A stretch of DNA of 64,000 bases from Deltaproteobacteria bacterium (GTDB lineage: Bacteria > Desulfobacterota > Binatia > Binatales > Binataceae), in NCBI GenBank assembly GCA_003135135.1, contig PLDK01000025.1, positions 106,376 to 170,375 on the forward strand. The letters are read 5' to 3'. Both the position numbers and the translations under genes were made by a program. The notes beneath the pieces are model-generated. The model was not told the origin of the DNA, did not search any database, and worked only from the letters and a program-made list of their open reading frames with translations. Below are positions 16,669-27,214 of this stretch, piece by piece; the stretch's first letter is position 1, and the number at the start of each line of letters is the position of its first letter.

Positions 16669-19122
16669 CTAGCGCGGCATCAGATCCAATTGGGCCTCGG
16701 CCGACGACTGCGCACGGGTAAAACTCGGATCGAGCGCATGATACTCGCCGCGGCTCCAGGGGCCGATCATGTCGTCGTAGTGATGCGACGCCGGATGGTC
16801 CGATTCGCCGCTGTGATTCATTCCGAGCGCGCCTTCGGGATCGGCAAGGTCGGTGATGAACCGGTACGACGAAATCTGCGTCACCTTGAATTGATCCGTC
16901 TCGTCGCCCAAATCGAACCACGAGTTGTTTACCGTATGCCGCCCGCCCTCAGTCGGGTATGGCCCGCGGTTGAAGTACCATCCGAGCACGCCGCCGCGCT
17001 CGCCCAGCGGATGCGCAAACTCGATCGTCTCCATCGCGCCCCATCGCCACTTGTCGCGATCGGTGCCGAGTCTCTGCGCGAGTAGCGCGAGCGAATCTTT
17101 CAGACTCGCGCGCAGCGTCGCATTCGCATTGTCGGCGCCACCCGGCCACAGCGGACTCGCCGGTCGCACGATTATGTCTTCGCTCGCCGGATATGCGCCG
17201 CCGTCCTCGAGCAGCATGAACGATTTGTAGTCGTCGCCGAGCAGAGGCTTGAACACCCGTTGCGCCATCGTCACTTCGGTCGCCGCGACGATCGCAGCCG
17301 GCCTGCTGTTCGCCGTCATTGCACCGTCCCATCCGCGGATTTCGCCAAGCGCCCATCGCACGTCTTCGTCGCCGCCGTCGCCGGCCTGTACGAGTGCGTC
17401 GCGCAGCTTGAGCGCGAAGATCGACACCCGATCTCGTTGGATCAATTTGAAATCGGCCGTGGTCATCTTGTCGCGCGCGCGGATCAAATCCGAGATGCGA
17501 TCGTAGCGCCACGGCGCGATCCAACTTCCATTCCACGGTACGTCGGCCAGGCGATTGTTCGCAGTGACGATGAAATGTGTCGGCGGATTCTCGGTATGCG
17601 GCAAACTGTCGAATGGGATCATTCCGTTCCATTCGAAATTTCCCGTGAATCCCGCGGTCGGGTACTTGCCATCGAAGCCGGCGCGATTCGGTACCGCGCC
17701 GACGATATGCCACCCGATATTTCCCGAATCATCGCCCCAAACGAGATTGAGCGGCGTCGTCGTGAAGGTACGATACGCTTCGACCAGCTCCTTTCCCGTG
17801 CGCGCAGTGGCCGCGCCGAATCCCGACGCTGCCGACGGCCCGGGAGTCAGTCCCGCAAATCGCAGCGACAGCGCGTAATTTCCCCGCAGCTTGACGCCGC
17901 TCAACGGGTTGTCCTCGCGCGCAAGCACGTCGCTGACGATGGGGCCGTGCCGCGTCGAGAGGATCGTCCGCGTCACGTCGCTCGCGTCTCTGACGTGAAT
18001 CGTCACGTCGCGCCGCTCCAGCGGAAGCCATTTTCCCTGGAACTCGTAACTTTTGCCGTCGGCCGAGAGATGCTCGAGGCTGAGATCCATCACATCCGCG
18101 CACACGCTCGTCACGCCCCACGCGACATGCCCGTTGGTGCCGATCGCGACTGCCGGGGAACCCGCCGCCAGCGCGCCCGACGTGAAGCCGTCGGGAGTGA
18201 CCAGCACCGCCTCGTACCAAATCGACGGGATCGATTGCGGCAGATGCGGGTCGCTCGCGAGCATCGGCTTGCCCGACAGCGACTTGGTGCCATCGACCAC
18301 CCAGTTGTTGCTCGCGGGGATGCCCATGTGCCCGATGCGCGCGAAGCCGGGCGCAAGATGAAACGACAACCTTGCGCCGCCGAACACCGCCGTGGTCTCG
18401 GGTGGCGGCGCCTCCAGCGGCAGCGACGGATACACCGGCATCAGCGCGGCGATCTCACTCGGCGCCATCTTCGGCGCAAGGTTGATATACACCGACTCCT
18501 CGGTCGCGTTGTAACCGAGCAACGTCGCAATCGTCAGCGCGCCTGCTTCGAGATCTTCGGCCGTGTAATGCGCCGGCTTGATGCCGAGCAGCCGAAACGC
18601 GGGTTCCAGACTGTTCTGATGCCCGTCGATATAAGCGTTGATTCCGCCGACGAACGCGTCCACTTGCGCGCGCATCTCGGGCGGATAGGTCGCGGCACTG
18701 TCGCGTGCGAATTTTTCAGGATCGAACAGCCGATAGACATAATCGCTTTCGACCAGGTCGGCGCCAAACACTTCAGCCAGACGGCCCTCGGCCAGCCGCC
18801 GGCGCATCTCGAGCTGGAACAGCCTGTCCTGCGCCTGCGTGTAGCCCAACGCCCGCGCGAGGTCGCGCCGGTTCTGTGCATAGATATGCGGCACGCCGGC
18901 CGGGTCGCGAATCACCTTGACCGGAGCAATCAGGCCGGCGAGATGCACGACGCCTGACTCCGGCGCGAGCCCGCTCTGGGTCATTTGGTAGAACAACCCC
19001 GTCATCACGGCGACAAAGACGAACGCGACCACGAGTCCGACCACCGCGCGTCTGCGTGCGCGCGGCAAACGATACCGAGGGCGCCGGGGACCTTCGCTCG
19101 GATGCTCCGCCATCGGGGTCAC
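16669..19122 (-). CDS. Penicillin acylase family Ntn-hydrolase (possible acyl-homoserine-lactone acylase type)
   Basis: 817 aa with an N-terminal anchor. The beta-subunit N-terminal nucleophile context is GIPASNNWVVDG, and the length is typical. Confidence 0.85.
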   Translation of the reverse strand: MTPMAEHPSEGPRRPRYRLPRARRRAVVGLVVAFVFVAVMTGLFYQMTQSGLAPESGVVHLAGLIAPVKVIRDPAGVPHIYAQNRRDLARALGYTQAQDRLFQLEMRRRLAEGRLAEVFGADLVESDYVYRLFDPEKFARDSAATYPPEMRAQVDAFVGGINAYIDGHQNSLEPAFRLLGIKPAHYTAEDLEAGALTIATLLGYNATEESVYINLAPKMAPSEIAALMPVYPSLPLEAPPPETTAVFGGARLSFHLAPGFARIGHMGIPASNNWVVDGTKSLSGKPMLASDPHLPQSIPSIWYEAVLVTPDGFTSGALAAGSPAVAIGTNGHVAWGVTSVCADVMDLSLEHLSADGKSYEFQGKWLPLERRDVTIHVRDASDVTRTILSTRHGPIVSDVLAREDNPLSGVKLRGNYALSLRFAGLTPGPSAASGFGAATARTGKELVEAYRTFTTTPLNLVWGDDSGNIGWHIVGAVPNRAGFDGKYPTAGFTGNFEWNGMIPFDSLPHTENPPTHFIVTANNRLADVPWNGSWIAPWRYDRISDLIRARDKMTTADFKLIQRDRVSIFALKLRDALVQAGDGGDEDVRWALGEIRGWDGAMTANSRPAAIVAATEVTMAQRVFKPLLGDDYKSFMLLEDGGAYPASEDIIVRPASPLWPGGADNANATLRASLKDSLALLAQRLGTDRDKWRWGAMETIEFAHPLGERGGVLGWYFNRGPYPTEGGRHTVNNSWFDLGDETDQFKVTQISSYRFITDLADPEGALGMNHSGESDHPASHHYDDMIGPWSRGEYHALDPSFTRAQSSAEAQLDLMPR

Positions 19123-19152
19123 ACTGGATCAGCGGAGACGGTGCGCGCAAGC

Positions 19153-20281
19153 CTAACTGGGCACCGAGTCGGCGTCGCCCTTGCGCACGCCCATCAAGTA
19201 GGCCTGGATAAACTCGTCGATCGCGCCGTCGAGCACCGCGCCGGTGTTGCCGACTTCGACGCCGGTGCGATGGTCCTTGACCATCTGATAGGGCTGCAGC
19301 ACGTACGAACGAATCTGACTGCCCCAGGCAATTTCCTTTTTGTCCTTGCTGAACTTCTCGAGCGCTTCTTTTTTCTTGCGCTGCTCGAGTTCGAACAGCC
19401 GCGCGCGCAATATCTTCATCGCCATCGCGCGGTTCTTGTGCTGCGAGCGTTCATTCTGGCAGGTCACGACGATATTGGTCGGGAGATGGGTGAATCGTAC
19501 CGCCGAGTCGGTCTTGTTGACGTGCTGGCCGCCCGCACCCGATGCGCGGAACGTATCGATCCTCAAGTCGGCGGGATTGATCGTTATCTCGATCGTATCG
19601 TCAACCGCCGGAAAGACAAAGACCGACGCGAACGAGGTATGGCGCCGCGCGTTGGCGTCGTACGGCGAGATTCGCACCAGCCGATGAATCCCGGCCTCGG
19701 CCTTCAAATATCCGTACGCGAAGTCTCCTTCCACCGTGACGGTTGCGCTCTTGATTCCCGCGCCGTCGCCCGGCTGCAAGTCTGCAATCTCGGTTTTGAA
19801 GCCGCGCCGCTCGGCCCATCGTAGATAAAGGCGCAGCAACATCTCGGCCCAGTCTTGCGCCTCCATGCCGCCGGCGCCGGGATGTATCGAAACGATCGCG
19901 CCGAGGCGATCGTGCTCGCCGCTGAGCATCAGCCGCAGTTCCTGGCGCTCGAGCTCGGCTCGCGACGCCTCCAGGGCGGCTGCGGTCTCGCGCGCCGCTT
20001 CGGAATCGTCGGCGCCTTCTTCTTCGGCCATCTGCAGGAACACGCGCGCCTCGTCCAGCTTGTCGCGGAGCATCTTGTAGCCCGCCAACTGAGCGCGGAT
20101 CTGTTCCTGCTCCTTGAGCGATGCTTGTGCGGTTTCCTGCCGATCCCAGAAATCGGGCTTGGCGGATTGTTCGACGAGTTGGTTCTGGCGGGCGGTCAGT
20201 GCGGGGACGTCAAAGACGCCTCCCGAGCTTTTCGGCGCGGTCGTCGAACTCGGAAAGCTGCTGTCTCATATCGCTGAGCAT
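19153..20281 (-). CDS. prfB: Peptide chain release factor 2, requires programmed +1 frameshift at 20210-20215
   Basis: The track ORF (19153-20088) carries SPYD...RRHTSFASVFV and GGQHVNKTDSAVR (GGQ). Upstream, frame 0 reads MLSDMRQQLSEFDDRAEKLGRRL then CTT TGA C. The +1 frame continues DVPALTARQNQLVEQSAKPDFWD...LAGYKMLRD into the main ORF. Confidence 0.9.
20209..20224 (-). other. RF2 autoregulatory +1 frameshift site (SD-like GGGAGG, then CGT CTT TGA C)
   Basis: The minus strand reads GGGAGGCGTCTTTGAC. This matches the canonical internal SD, CUU slippery codon and in-frame UGA followed by C. Confidence 0.85.
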
Positions 20282-20352
20282 CGAAAATCATACCTCACGC
20301 CGGCGCCGTCCGCCGGCCAACATCAGTATTATGTCACGAAACGCCACTCGCA

Positions 20353-21966
20353 TTAATGGGGCCTGCCATTGGTGGGTAGCCGGCGCGATCGAACCGCCTC
20401 GACCGGCGCGGAGCATGGCCATCGCCACGCGAGGATCAATCCAATCGCCGTCAGCACGCAGCAAATCTCCGCAAACAAATCGCCCACGATCGTGTACACC
20501 GTCCGCACCGGCCGCCACGACACGTCCGCCATCACCGTGCCGCGTGTGAACAACGGCGTGCGATTTGTGATTTGCCCCGACGGCTCGATGAGCGCGCTGA
20601 TGCCCGTGTTCGCCACCCTTACCATCGGGACCTTCGTCTCGACCGAGCGCATCGCCGCCATTGCGAGCACCTGGAATGGCGCCGAACTCTCGCCGTACCA
20701 CGCGTCGTTGGTGATGTTCACGAGCACGTCGGCGCCCTTGTTCACTTCGCGCCGGGTGAAATCGGGAAAGATACTCTCGTAACAGATCAAAATTCCGAGT
20801 CGCGCGCCTTTGAAGTTGAACAGTGTCTGCTCTTTGCCGGGAACCAAATCGCCGAAGCCTTCCACGACCCGGTTGACGAAGTAGCCGAGGATCGAGCGAG
20901 CCGGAACATACTCGCCGAACGGGACCAGCTCGATCTTGTCGTAATGAGCGGCCACTTCGCCCTTGTCCGACACCAGGTACGCGCGATTGTAAAATCCCAG
21001 GCGCCCGTCCGCACGCGCCAGCGCCGGTGCTCCGAACAATACCGGCTCACCGATATTGCGCGCGAGCGTGAGCAGCGCAGTGCGATACGCTGCGTCGTTT
21101 GCGAGCTCGGCGGGATATTGATCGTCGGGCTCGAACAGGAACACCGCCGCTGCCTCGGGCCAGACGATCAGGTCGGCGCCGCGCCTAGCCGCGCTCGCGG
21201 TTTCGTCCTGGTAGACTTTGTAACTCTCGGGCAGGAACTTCGGATCCCACTTGAGCGATTGCGGGATATTCCCCTGCACCATCGCGACCTTGAAACTGCC
21301 CGTGCTCGGCGCGTCCTTCAGATTGCTGATCCGCCACGCGCCAAACCCGACCAGCGTGATCATCATCGCGGTCAACGCGCTCAGGCTGATGGTCTGCAAG
21401 CGATAGACGCCGCGGCGGAAAATCACGACATACACCACGGCGTTGAAGAACACGATCAGCGCCGAAACGCCGTAAACGCCGGTGAATTCGGCGAACTGGA
21501 TCAATTCCAGATTGCGGTAAGCCGTGTAGCCGAGCAGATTCCACGGGAAACCGACCGGGAAGTAGGTGCGAACCCATTCGACCGCCGTCCACGCAACCGG
21601 CATCGTGAGCACGGCCGGAATTCGCGTCCGCCGCGCGACGAATTCACCCGCCCAAATGGCAGCCGCCGTGTCGATCGCGACGATGCCCGCCACCAGCAGC
21701 ATCGGAAGGATCGCGAACTCCATTCGCACGTCGGCGAAGTCGTGCAGCGGAATCGGAATCCAGTAGAGCGATACGACGTAAGAGGCGAAACCTTGCAGGT
21801 ATGCCCACCCGAATACGCGCCGCATGCTTTCGCCTTCGATCACGTAAAAGAGCGGCACGAAGGCCACCCACGCCAGCAGTCCGTAGTCGAACTTCGGGAA
21901 TGCCAGTCCCAGCGCGAGACCGCTGGCTACGGCGAGCGCCGCGCGCGTTGCATTGTTCGACGACAT
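20353..21966 (-). CDS. lnt: Apolipoprotein N-acyltransferase
   Basis: The track ORF extends to 22143, but ATG 21966 (MSSNNATRAALAVASGLALGLAFP...) lies 2 nt after the upstream stop. It has N-terminal TM helices plus a C-N hydrolase domain (VVWPE, ...ICYE...). Confidence 0.85.
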   Translation of the reverse strand: MSSNNATRAALAVASGLALGLAFPKFDYGLLAWVAFVPLFYVIEGESMRRVFGWAYLQGFASYVVSLYWIPIPLHDFADVRMEFAILPMLLVAGIVAIDTAAAIWAGEFVARRTRIPAVLTMPVAWTAVEWVRTYFPVGFPWNLLGYTAYRNLELIQFAEFTGVYGVSALIVFFNAVVYVVIFRRGVYRLQTISLSALTAMMITLVGFGAWRISNLKDAPSTGSFKVAMVQGNIPQSLKWDPKFLPESYKVYQDETASAARRGADLIVWPEAAAVFLFEPDDQYPAELANDAAYRTALLTLARNIGEPVLFGAPALARADGRLGFYNRAYLVSDKGEVAAHYDKIELVPFGEYVPARSILGYFVNRVVEGFGDLVPGKEQTLFNFKGARLGILICYESIFPDFTRREVNKGADVLVNITNDAWYGESSAPFQVLAMAAMRSVETKVPMVRVANTGISALIEPSGQITNRTPLFTRGTVMADVSWRPVRTVYTIVGDLFAEICCVLTAIGLILAWRWPCSAPVEAVRSRRLPTNGRPH

Positions 21967-21968
21967 CG

Positions 21969-22523
21969 TCAGGCGGGGGAGCCAAACATCTCGGCAATCG
22001 GAATCACGCCGGCGCAGGGCGGCCGGCCGTTGAAGCGCTCGAAAATCTCGTCCACGTCCCTCCAGGTTTCGACCAGCGCAGCCGCCAGCGGCGGCTCGAA
22101 CGCGAGATCGCCGGCGGCGCGCCATTCGCGCTCGAAGCTCCAATCGACCGGCGGATCCTTATCGATTTCAAGAGACACCACACGCCAACTCTCTTCCGGA
22201 GCGAGGATTTTTTCCGCCTCGCGCCATGGCAGGTAAATAACCGGCCGCGCACCCATCGTGAAAGCATACCGCTTGTCCACCGCGATCCCGAATGGTTCAT
22301 AACGGCGACGATTGCGCCGATCGAGGATCGTGCGCAGCTCCGCAATCGGCACGTCGAACATGCAAACCGCGGGACGCGCGCCGCGGACCATTCGGCTTCC
22401 GCCGCGAATGACCCCATCCTTGAGAATCGCCACCAGGTTGTCCAGGGCAGACGCGGCCGTCGAGGCGCGCGTGAAATGCGTGAGCATCGCGACCGCGGGA
22501 ATCCTGGCGGGCTCGCGTTTCAT
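21969..22523 (-). CDS. Hypothetical 184-aa protein embedded in the phoH-ybeY-lnt operon
   Basis: Its start overlaps the ybeY stop (ATGA), and its stop is 2 nt before the lnt ATG. No TM is present. Motifs are THFTR...LVAILKDGVIRGG, YEPFGIAV, GARPVIY and DWSFEREWR. The family is not firmly recognised. Confidence 0.6.
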   Translation of the reverse strand: MKREPARIPAVAMLTHFTRASTAASALDNLVAILKDGVIRGGSRMVRGARPAVCMFDVPIAELRTILDRRNRRRYEPFGIAVDKRYAFTMGARPVIYLPWREAEKILAPEESWRVVSLEIDKDPPVDWSFEREWRAAGDLAFEPPLAAALVETWRDVDEIFERFNGRPPCAGVIPIAEMFGSPA

Positions 22524-23067
22524 CGCGACGCTTCGCGCCGGCTGGCGGCTTTGCGTTTGCGTCGATCGCCGGGCGTGCGCCGCGACCCGACGACGCGTCC
22601 TTCGCCGATCTTCACCGCCAGCGTTCGCTCGCGCGCGAACATCCGCCGCGCGTCGGATGCCGAGCGTTCGTGGTCGTAACCGATCAAATGCAAAAATCCG
22701 TGAATCAGAAGCCGGCGCAGTCGCGACGCGGGGCTCACGCGAAATTCGCGCGCATCCCGGATTGCCGTATCGATCGAGATCACCACGTCTCCGACCGGAA
22801 GTCCCGGACTGTTCTTTACGCTGCGGGGATCCAATGGCGCGGCGCCTGCCTGCTCGATCTGCGAGAAGGAAAGAACGTCGGTGGCCGCATCGATTCCCCG
22901 GAAATCACGATTCAGCCTGCGGATCGCGCGATCTGTAGTGAGCATAAGCGACAGCTCGCAGTCCGCAAGCCCCACCGCGCGCATGAGGTGGTCCGCATCG
23001 GCGCGAAGCCCGCGCGCATAGCATCGTCCGCGCGCCGTCGCGCATCGGAACTCCACCGCCACGCGCT

Positions 23068-23071
<4 letters not shown>
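22520..23071 (-). CDS. ybeY: rRNA maturation endoribonuclease YbeY
   Basis: HGFLHLIGYDHE zinc motif and TDVLSF, with a basic C-terminal tail. Confidence 0.9.
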
Positions 23072-24015
<944 letters not shown>

Positions 24016-24204
24016 ATCGGTGAACAGGCGCGGATCGTCGAAATGGAGTTCGAGCGAGTCTTCAGTGGCTAACTGGGAAATCGCCGGGGCCTCTTGAGGT
24101 GCTGATTTCGTTTTCGTTGCTGTCGCCCACCGGCCGCAGTCGTTGAAGCGCTAGCGAAGCTAATCGTAATCATTTCGCCGGTCGTATGAAAGTGGTGCCG
24201 AAAA

Positions 24205-26901
24205 CTACTGCAACAGCGCGGCGACTTTGGATAGCGCCTCGTCGAGTTTCGAGGCGTCGCGGCCGCCCGCCTGCGCGAGATCCGGCCGCCCGCCGCCGGT
24301 GCCGCCGACGATCGGCGCGATATTCTTGATGATGTCGCCCGCTTTGATCTTCCCCGTCAGGTCAGCCGTCACCGCGACCAGGAGCGCCACCTTGCCCTCG
24401 CCGAGGTCGGAGCCGAGCGCGACCACGCAAGAGCCGTGCTTCTGACGCATCCGATCCGCCATCTCGCGCATCGTGCGCGGATCGACGCCGTCGAGCTTGC
24501 GCGTGACGACTTTGACGCCGCCGACCTCGCGCACTTGTTCTTCGGCCTCTGCGCCGCCAGCGCCCCCACCCGCGGCCAGCTTCTGCTCCATCGCGCGGAG
24601 CTTTTTCTCCAGCTCCTTTTCGCGCGCCAGAAGTTTTTCGAGCCGCTCGACCGCCGCGCCGTCGCGTGCGCCGAGCTGCGCGCCGATTTCCTCGAGGATC
24701 TTCTCGCGCTTGCGAATCGCTTCGAGCGCGCCATTCCCCGTCATCGCTTCTATTCGCCGCACTCCCGCCGCGACGCCCGACTCGGCTTCGAGTTTGAAAA
24801 CGCCGACGTCGCCGGTGCGCGAGATGTGGGTGCCGCCGCATAGCTCGACCGAAAAATCGCCCATCCTGACCACGCGGACACGGTCGCCGTACTTTTCGCT
24901 GAAAAATGCGAGCGCGCCCGCCTTGATTGCGTCGTCGTACGCCATCTCCTCGGTCGTCACTTCGGCGTTCTCGCGAATGCGCGCGTTGATCTCTTCCTCG
25001 ATCGTCGCCAGTGCGTCGTCCTTGACCGGCCCGGTGTGCGCGAAGTCAAAGCGCAGCTTGTCGGGATCGACGAGCGAGCCCGCCTGATGCACGGTATTGC
25101 CCAGGATATCGCGCAACGCGTAATGCAGGATGTGCGTCGCAGAATGATTGAGCATCGCGGCGTCGCGCCTGAGGCGATCGATCTTGAGCTTCACGTGCGC
25201 GCCGCGCGCGAAGTCGCCGGCCTCGCCGCGGAGAATCCGCCCGACATGAACGATAGAGCCGTCGGCCTTGCGCGTGTCCGACACTTCGAAAATTGCGCCA
25301 TCCTCGGTTTCTATAACGCCGCGGTCTCCGACCTGGCCGCCGCCCTCAGGATAAAAGGGCGTCTCGGCGACCACAATCGCCGCCTGACGGTCCGCACCTG
25401 GGTTGATTAGCTGAACCTCTGAATTCGCTTCGTACCGGCGATGGCCAACGAACCGAGAAGGGGGAGGCGTATTGCTCGTCAGAATTTGAGCGCTAATCCG
25501 AGTAACGCGTACATTCGTCGCAGAGCGTCCGCGCTCTTTCTGCTCGTCCATCAGCCGGTCGAACTCGTCAAGGTCAACTGCAAAGCCCCTTCGTCGCATT
25601 TCATCTTGCGTGAGGTCGATGGGGAAACCGTAGGTGTCGTAAAGCTTGAAGGCCACCTCCCCAGGAAGCGAAGTTCCGGACGCTTTTTGCAACATCTGCC
25701 CCTGCTCTCTGATGAGCTGCAGGCCGCGTTCAAGGGTTCGCCCGAACTGCTCCTCCTCGACGGTCACCACGTTGTCGATCCGCTCAGCCGTCGCTTCGAG
25801 TTCCGGATACGCCGCGCCCATCGCCTGAACGACCGCTTGCTCAACCCCAGCCAGAAACGGCCGGCGAATCCCTAAGTACCTGCCATGCCGAGCGGCTCGG
25901 CGAATCAATCGCCGAAGTACGTATTCGCGTTCGCCGTTTCCTGGCAGAATTCCTTCCGCGACCAGAAACGCAATCGCGCGTGCGTGATCGGCAATCGCGC
26001 AGAGGGAGACGTCGATTTCCGCTGACACCGCGTCGGCAGCCGGATCTCCGGACCTGTCCTTGTACTTGAAATGCTGTCCGTACTCCGACGAGGCCCTTTC
26101 GATTTCATCAATGATCGCCCGGAACAGATCGATATCGTAGTTTCCGAGCACCTTGCCCTGTTCCAGGCCCTGCAACACCGCTGCGACGCGCTCCAAGCCC
26201 GTGCCCGTATCGACGTGCTTCTTCGCCAGCGGCATCAGCGCGCCCGACGCGTCGCGGTTGTATTGAATGAAGACGAGATTCGCCAGCTCGATGAATCGCT
26301 CGCATCCATCGATGTTAACGCCGCATTTCGTCCCCGGATGGGGCCGGCCGTCGCACGCCGGCGCGCCGCGATCGATGTGAATCTCCGAGCACGGGCCGCA
26401 CGGCCCCGTGTCTCCCATCTGCCAGAAATTTTCCTTGTCGAAGCGCAGGACGGGGTTTAGGAGCACTCCGAGCTTCTTCCAAATCTGCTCGGCCTCGTCG
26501 TCGTCCTTGTAAACGGTGGCATGGAGCAGCTTCGGATCGATTTCCCAATCCCTGGTTATGAGTTCCCAATGCCACCGAATCGCTTCTTCCTTGTAATAGT
26601 CGCCGAACGACCAGTTGCCGAGCATCTCGAAAAAAGTGTGATGGTAAGTGTCGCGGCCGACCGCTTCGAGATCGTTATGCTTGCCCGAGATCCGCAGGCA
26701 TTTCTGACAATCCGCGACGCGCAGGTGCTGGGGCGTGCGCACGCCCAGGAAATAATCCTTGAACTGCACCATCCCGGCGTTGGTGAACAGCAGGCTGGGA
26801 TCGCCCTTGGGAATCAGCGACGCCGACGGCACGATCGTATGACCGCGCGCGGCGAAGAAATCGAGAAACGATTGCCTTACTTTTGCAGTAGTCCAGCGCA
26901 T
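24205..26901 (-). CDS. alaS: Alanine--tRNA ligase
   Basis: 898 aa starting MRWTTAKVRQSFLDFFAARGHTIVPSASLIP...FTNAGMVQFKD, with the editing-domain HSATHIL and a C-terminal DHHA1-like part. Confidence 0.95.
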   Translation of the reverse strand: MRWTTAKVRQSFLDFFAARGHTIVPSASLIPKGDPSLLFTNAGMVQFKDYFLGVRTPQHLRVADCQKCLRISGKHNDLEAVGRDTYHHTFFEMLGNWSFGDYYKEEAIRWHWELITRDWEIDPKLLHATVYKDDDEAEQIWKKLGVLLNPVLRFDKENFWQMGDTGPCGPCSEIHIDRGAPACDGRPHPGTKCGVNIDGCERFIELANLVFIQYNRDASGALMPLAKKHVDTGTGLERVAAVLQGLEQGKVLGNYDIDLFRAIIDEIERASSEYGQHFKYKDRSGDPAADAVSAEIDVSLCAIADHARAIAFLVAEGILPGNGEREYVLRRLIRRAARHGRYLGIRRPFLAGVEQAVVQAMGAAYPELEATAERIDNVVTVEEEQFGRTLERGLQLIREQGQMLQKASGTSLPGEVAFKLYDTYGFPIDLTQDEMRRRGFAVDLDEFDRLMDEQKERGRSATNVRVTRISAQILTSNTPPPSRFVGHRRYEANSEVQLINPGADRQAAIVVAETPFYPEGGGQVGDRGVIETEDGAIFEVSDTRKADGSIVHVGRILRGEAGDFARGAHVKLKIDRLRRDAAMLNHSATHILHYALRDILGNTVHQAGSLVDPDKLRFDFAHTGPVKDDALATIEEEINARIRENAEVTTEEMAYDDAIKAGALAFFSEKYGDRVRVVRMGDFSVELCGGTHISRTGDVGVFKLEAESGVAAGVRRIEAMTGNGALEAIRKREKILEEIGAQLGARDGAAVERLEKLLAREKELEKKLRAMEQKLAAGGGAGGAEAEEQVREVGGVKVVTRKLDGVDPRTMREMADRMRQKHGSCVVALGSDLGEGKVALLVAVTADLTGKIKAGDIIKNIAPIVGGTGGGRPDLAQAGGRDASKLDEALSKVAALLQ

Positions 26902-26935
26902 GAGGAAGTTATTCTAGCCGCGGAAGGGTGAATCA

Positions 26936-27165
26936 CTCAATTGAATGCGGAACCCACCGTGGGTTCCGCACCTCCCTGGGCAGGGGTGACCCCTGCACCC
27001 GCAGTGAGAAGACGCGAAAATCTGCGCAGCGCATCTTTTTGCGACTACGCGATGGGCAGGGCTGAGCCCTGCACTCAGTGTTAAGGCCGCGCTCCGTTGT
27101 CGCGCGCGGCCCCTGCCAACGGCTTAATACTGCCCTGCCCGTCGTGCCAACGACCAGGGGTTGGG
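26936..27165 (+). repeat. Mosaic multi-hairpin intergenic repeat, copy B (M4-M3-M2-M1-M5)
   Basis: ttgaatgcggaacccaccgtgggttccgc / ggcaggggtgacccctgc / gacgcgaaaatctgcgcagcgcatctttttgcg / gcagggctgagccctgc / ttaaggccgcgctccgttgtcgcgcgcggcccctgccaacggcttaata. Confidence 0.85.
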
Positions 27166-27214
27166 GGTGCGGCGAGCGGTTGGCGCGGCGCGAAAGGTCG
27201 GCCACACTGGAGCC

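Noticed and set aside
17260-18957. 565-aa plus-strand ORF
   Set aside because: It is antisense to the penicillin-acylase-family gene, Arg-rich and motif-less, a typical high-GC shadow ORF.
20572-22236. 554-aa plus-strand ORF
   Set aside because: It is antisense to lnt and the 184-aa gene, with the same shadow-ORF composition.
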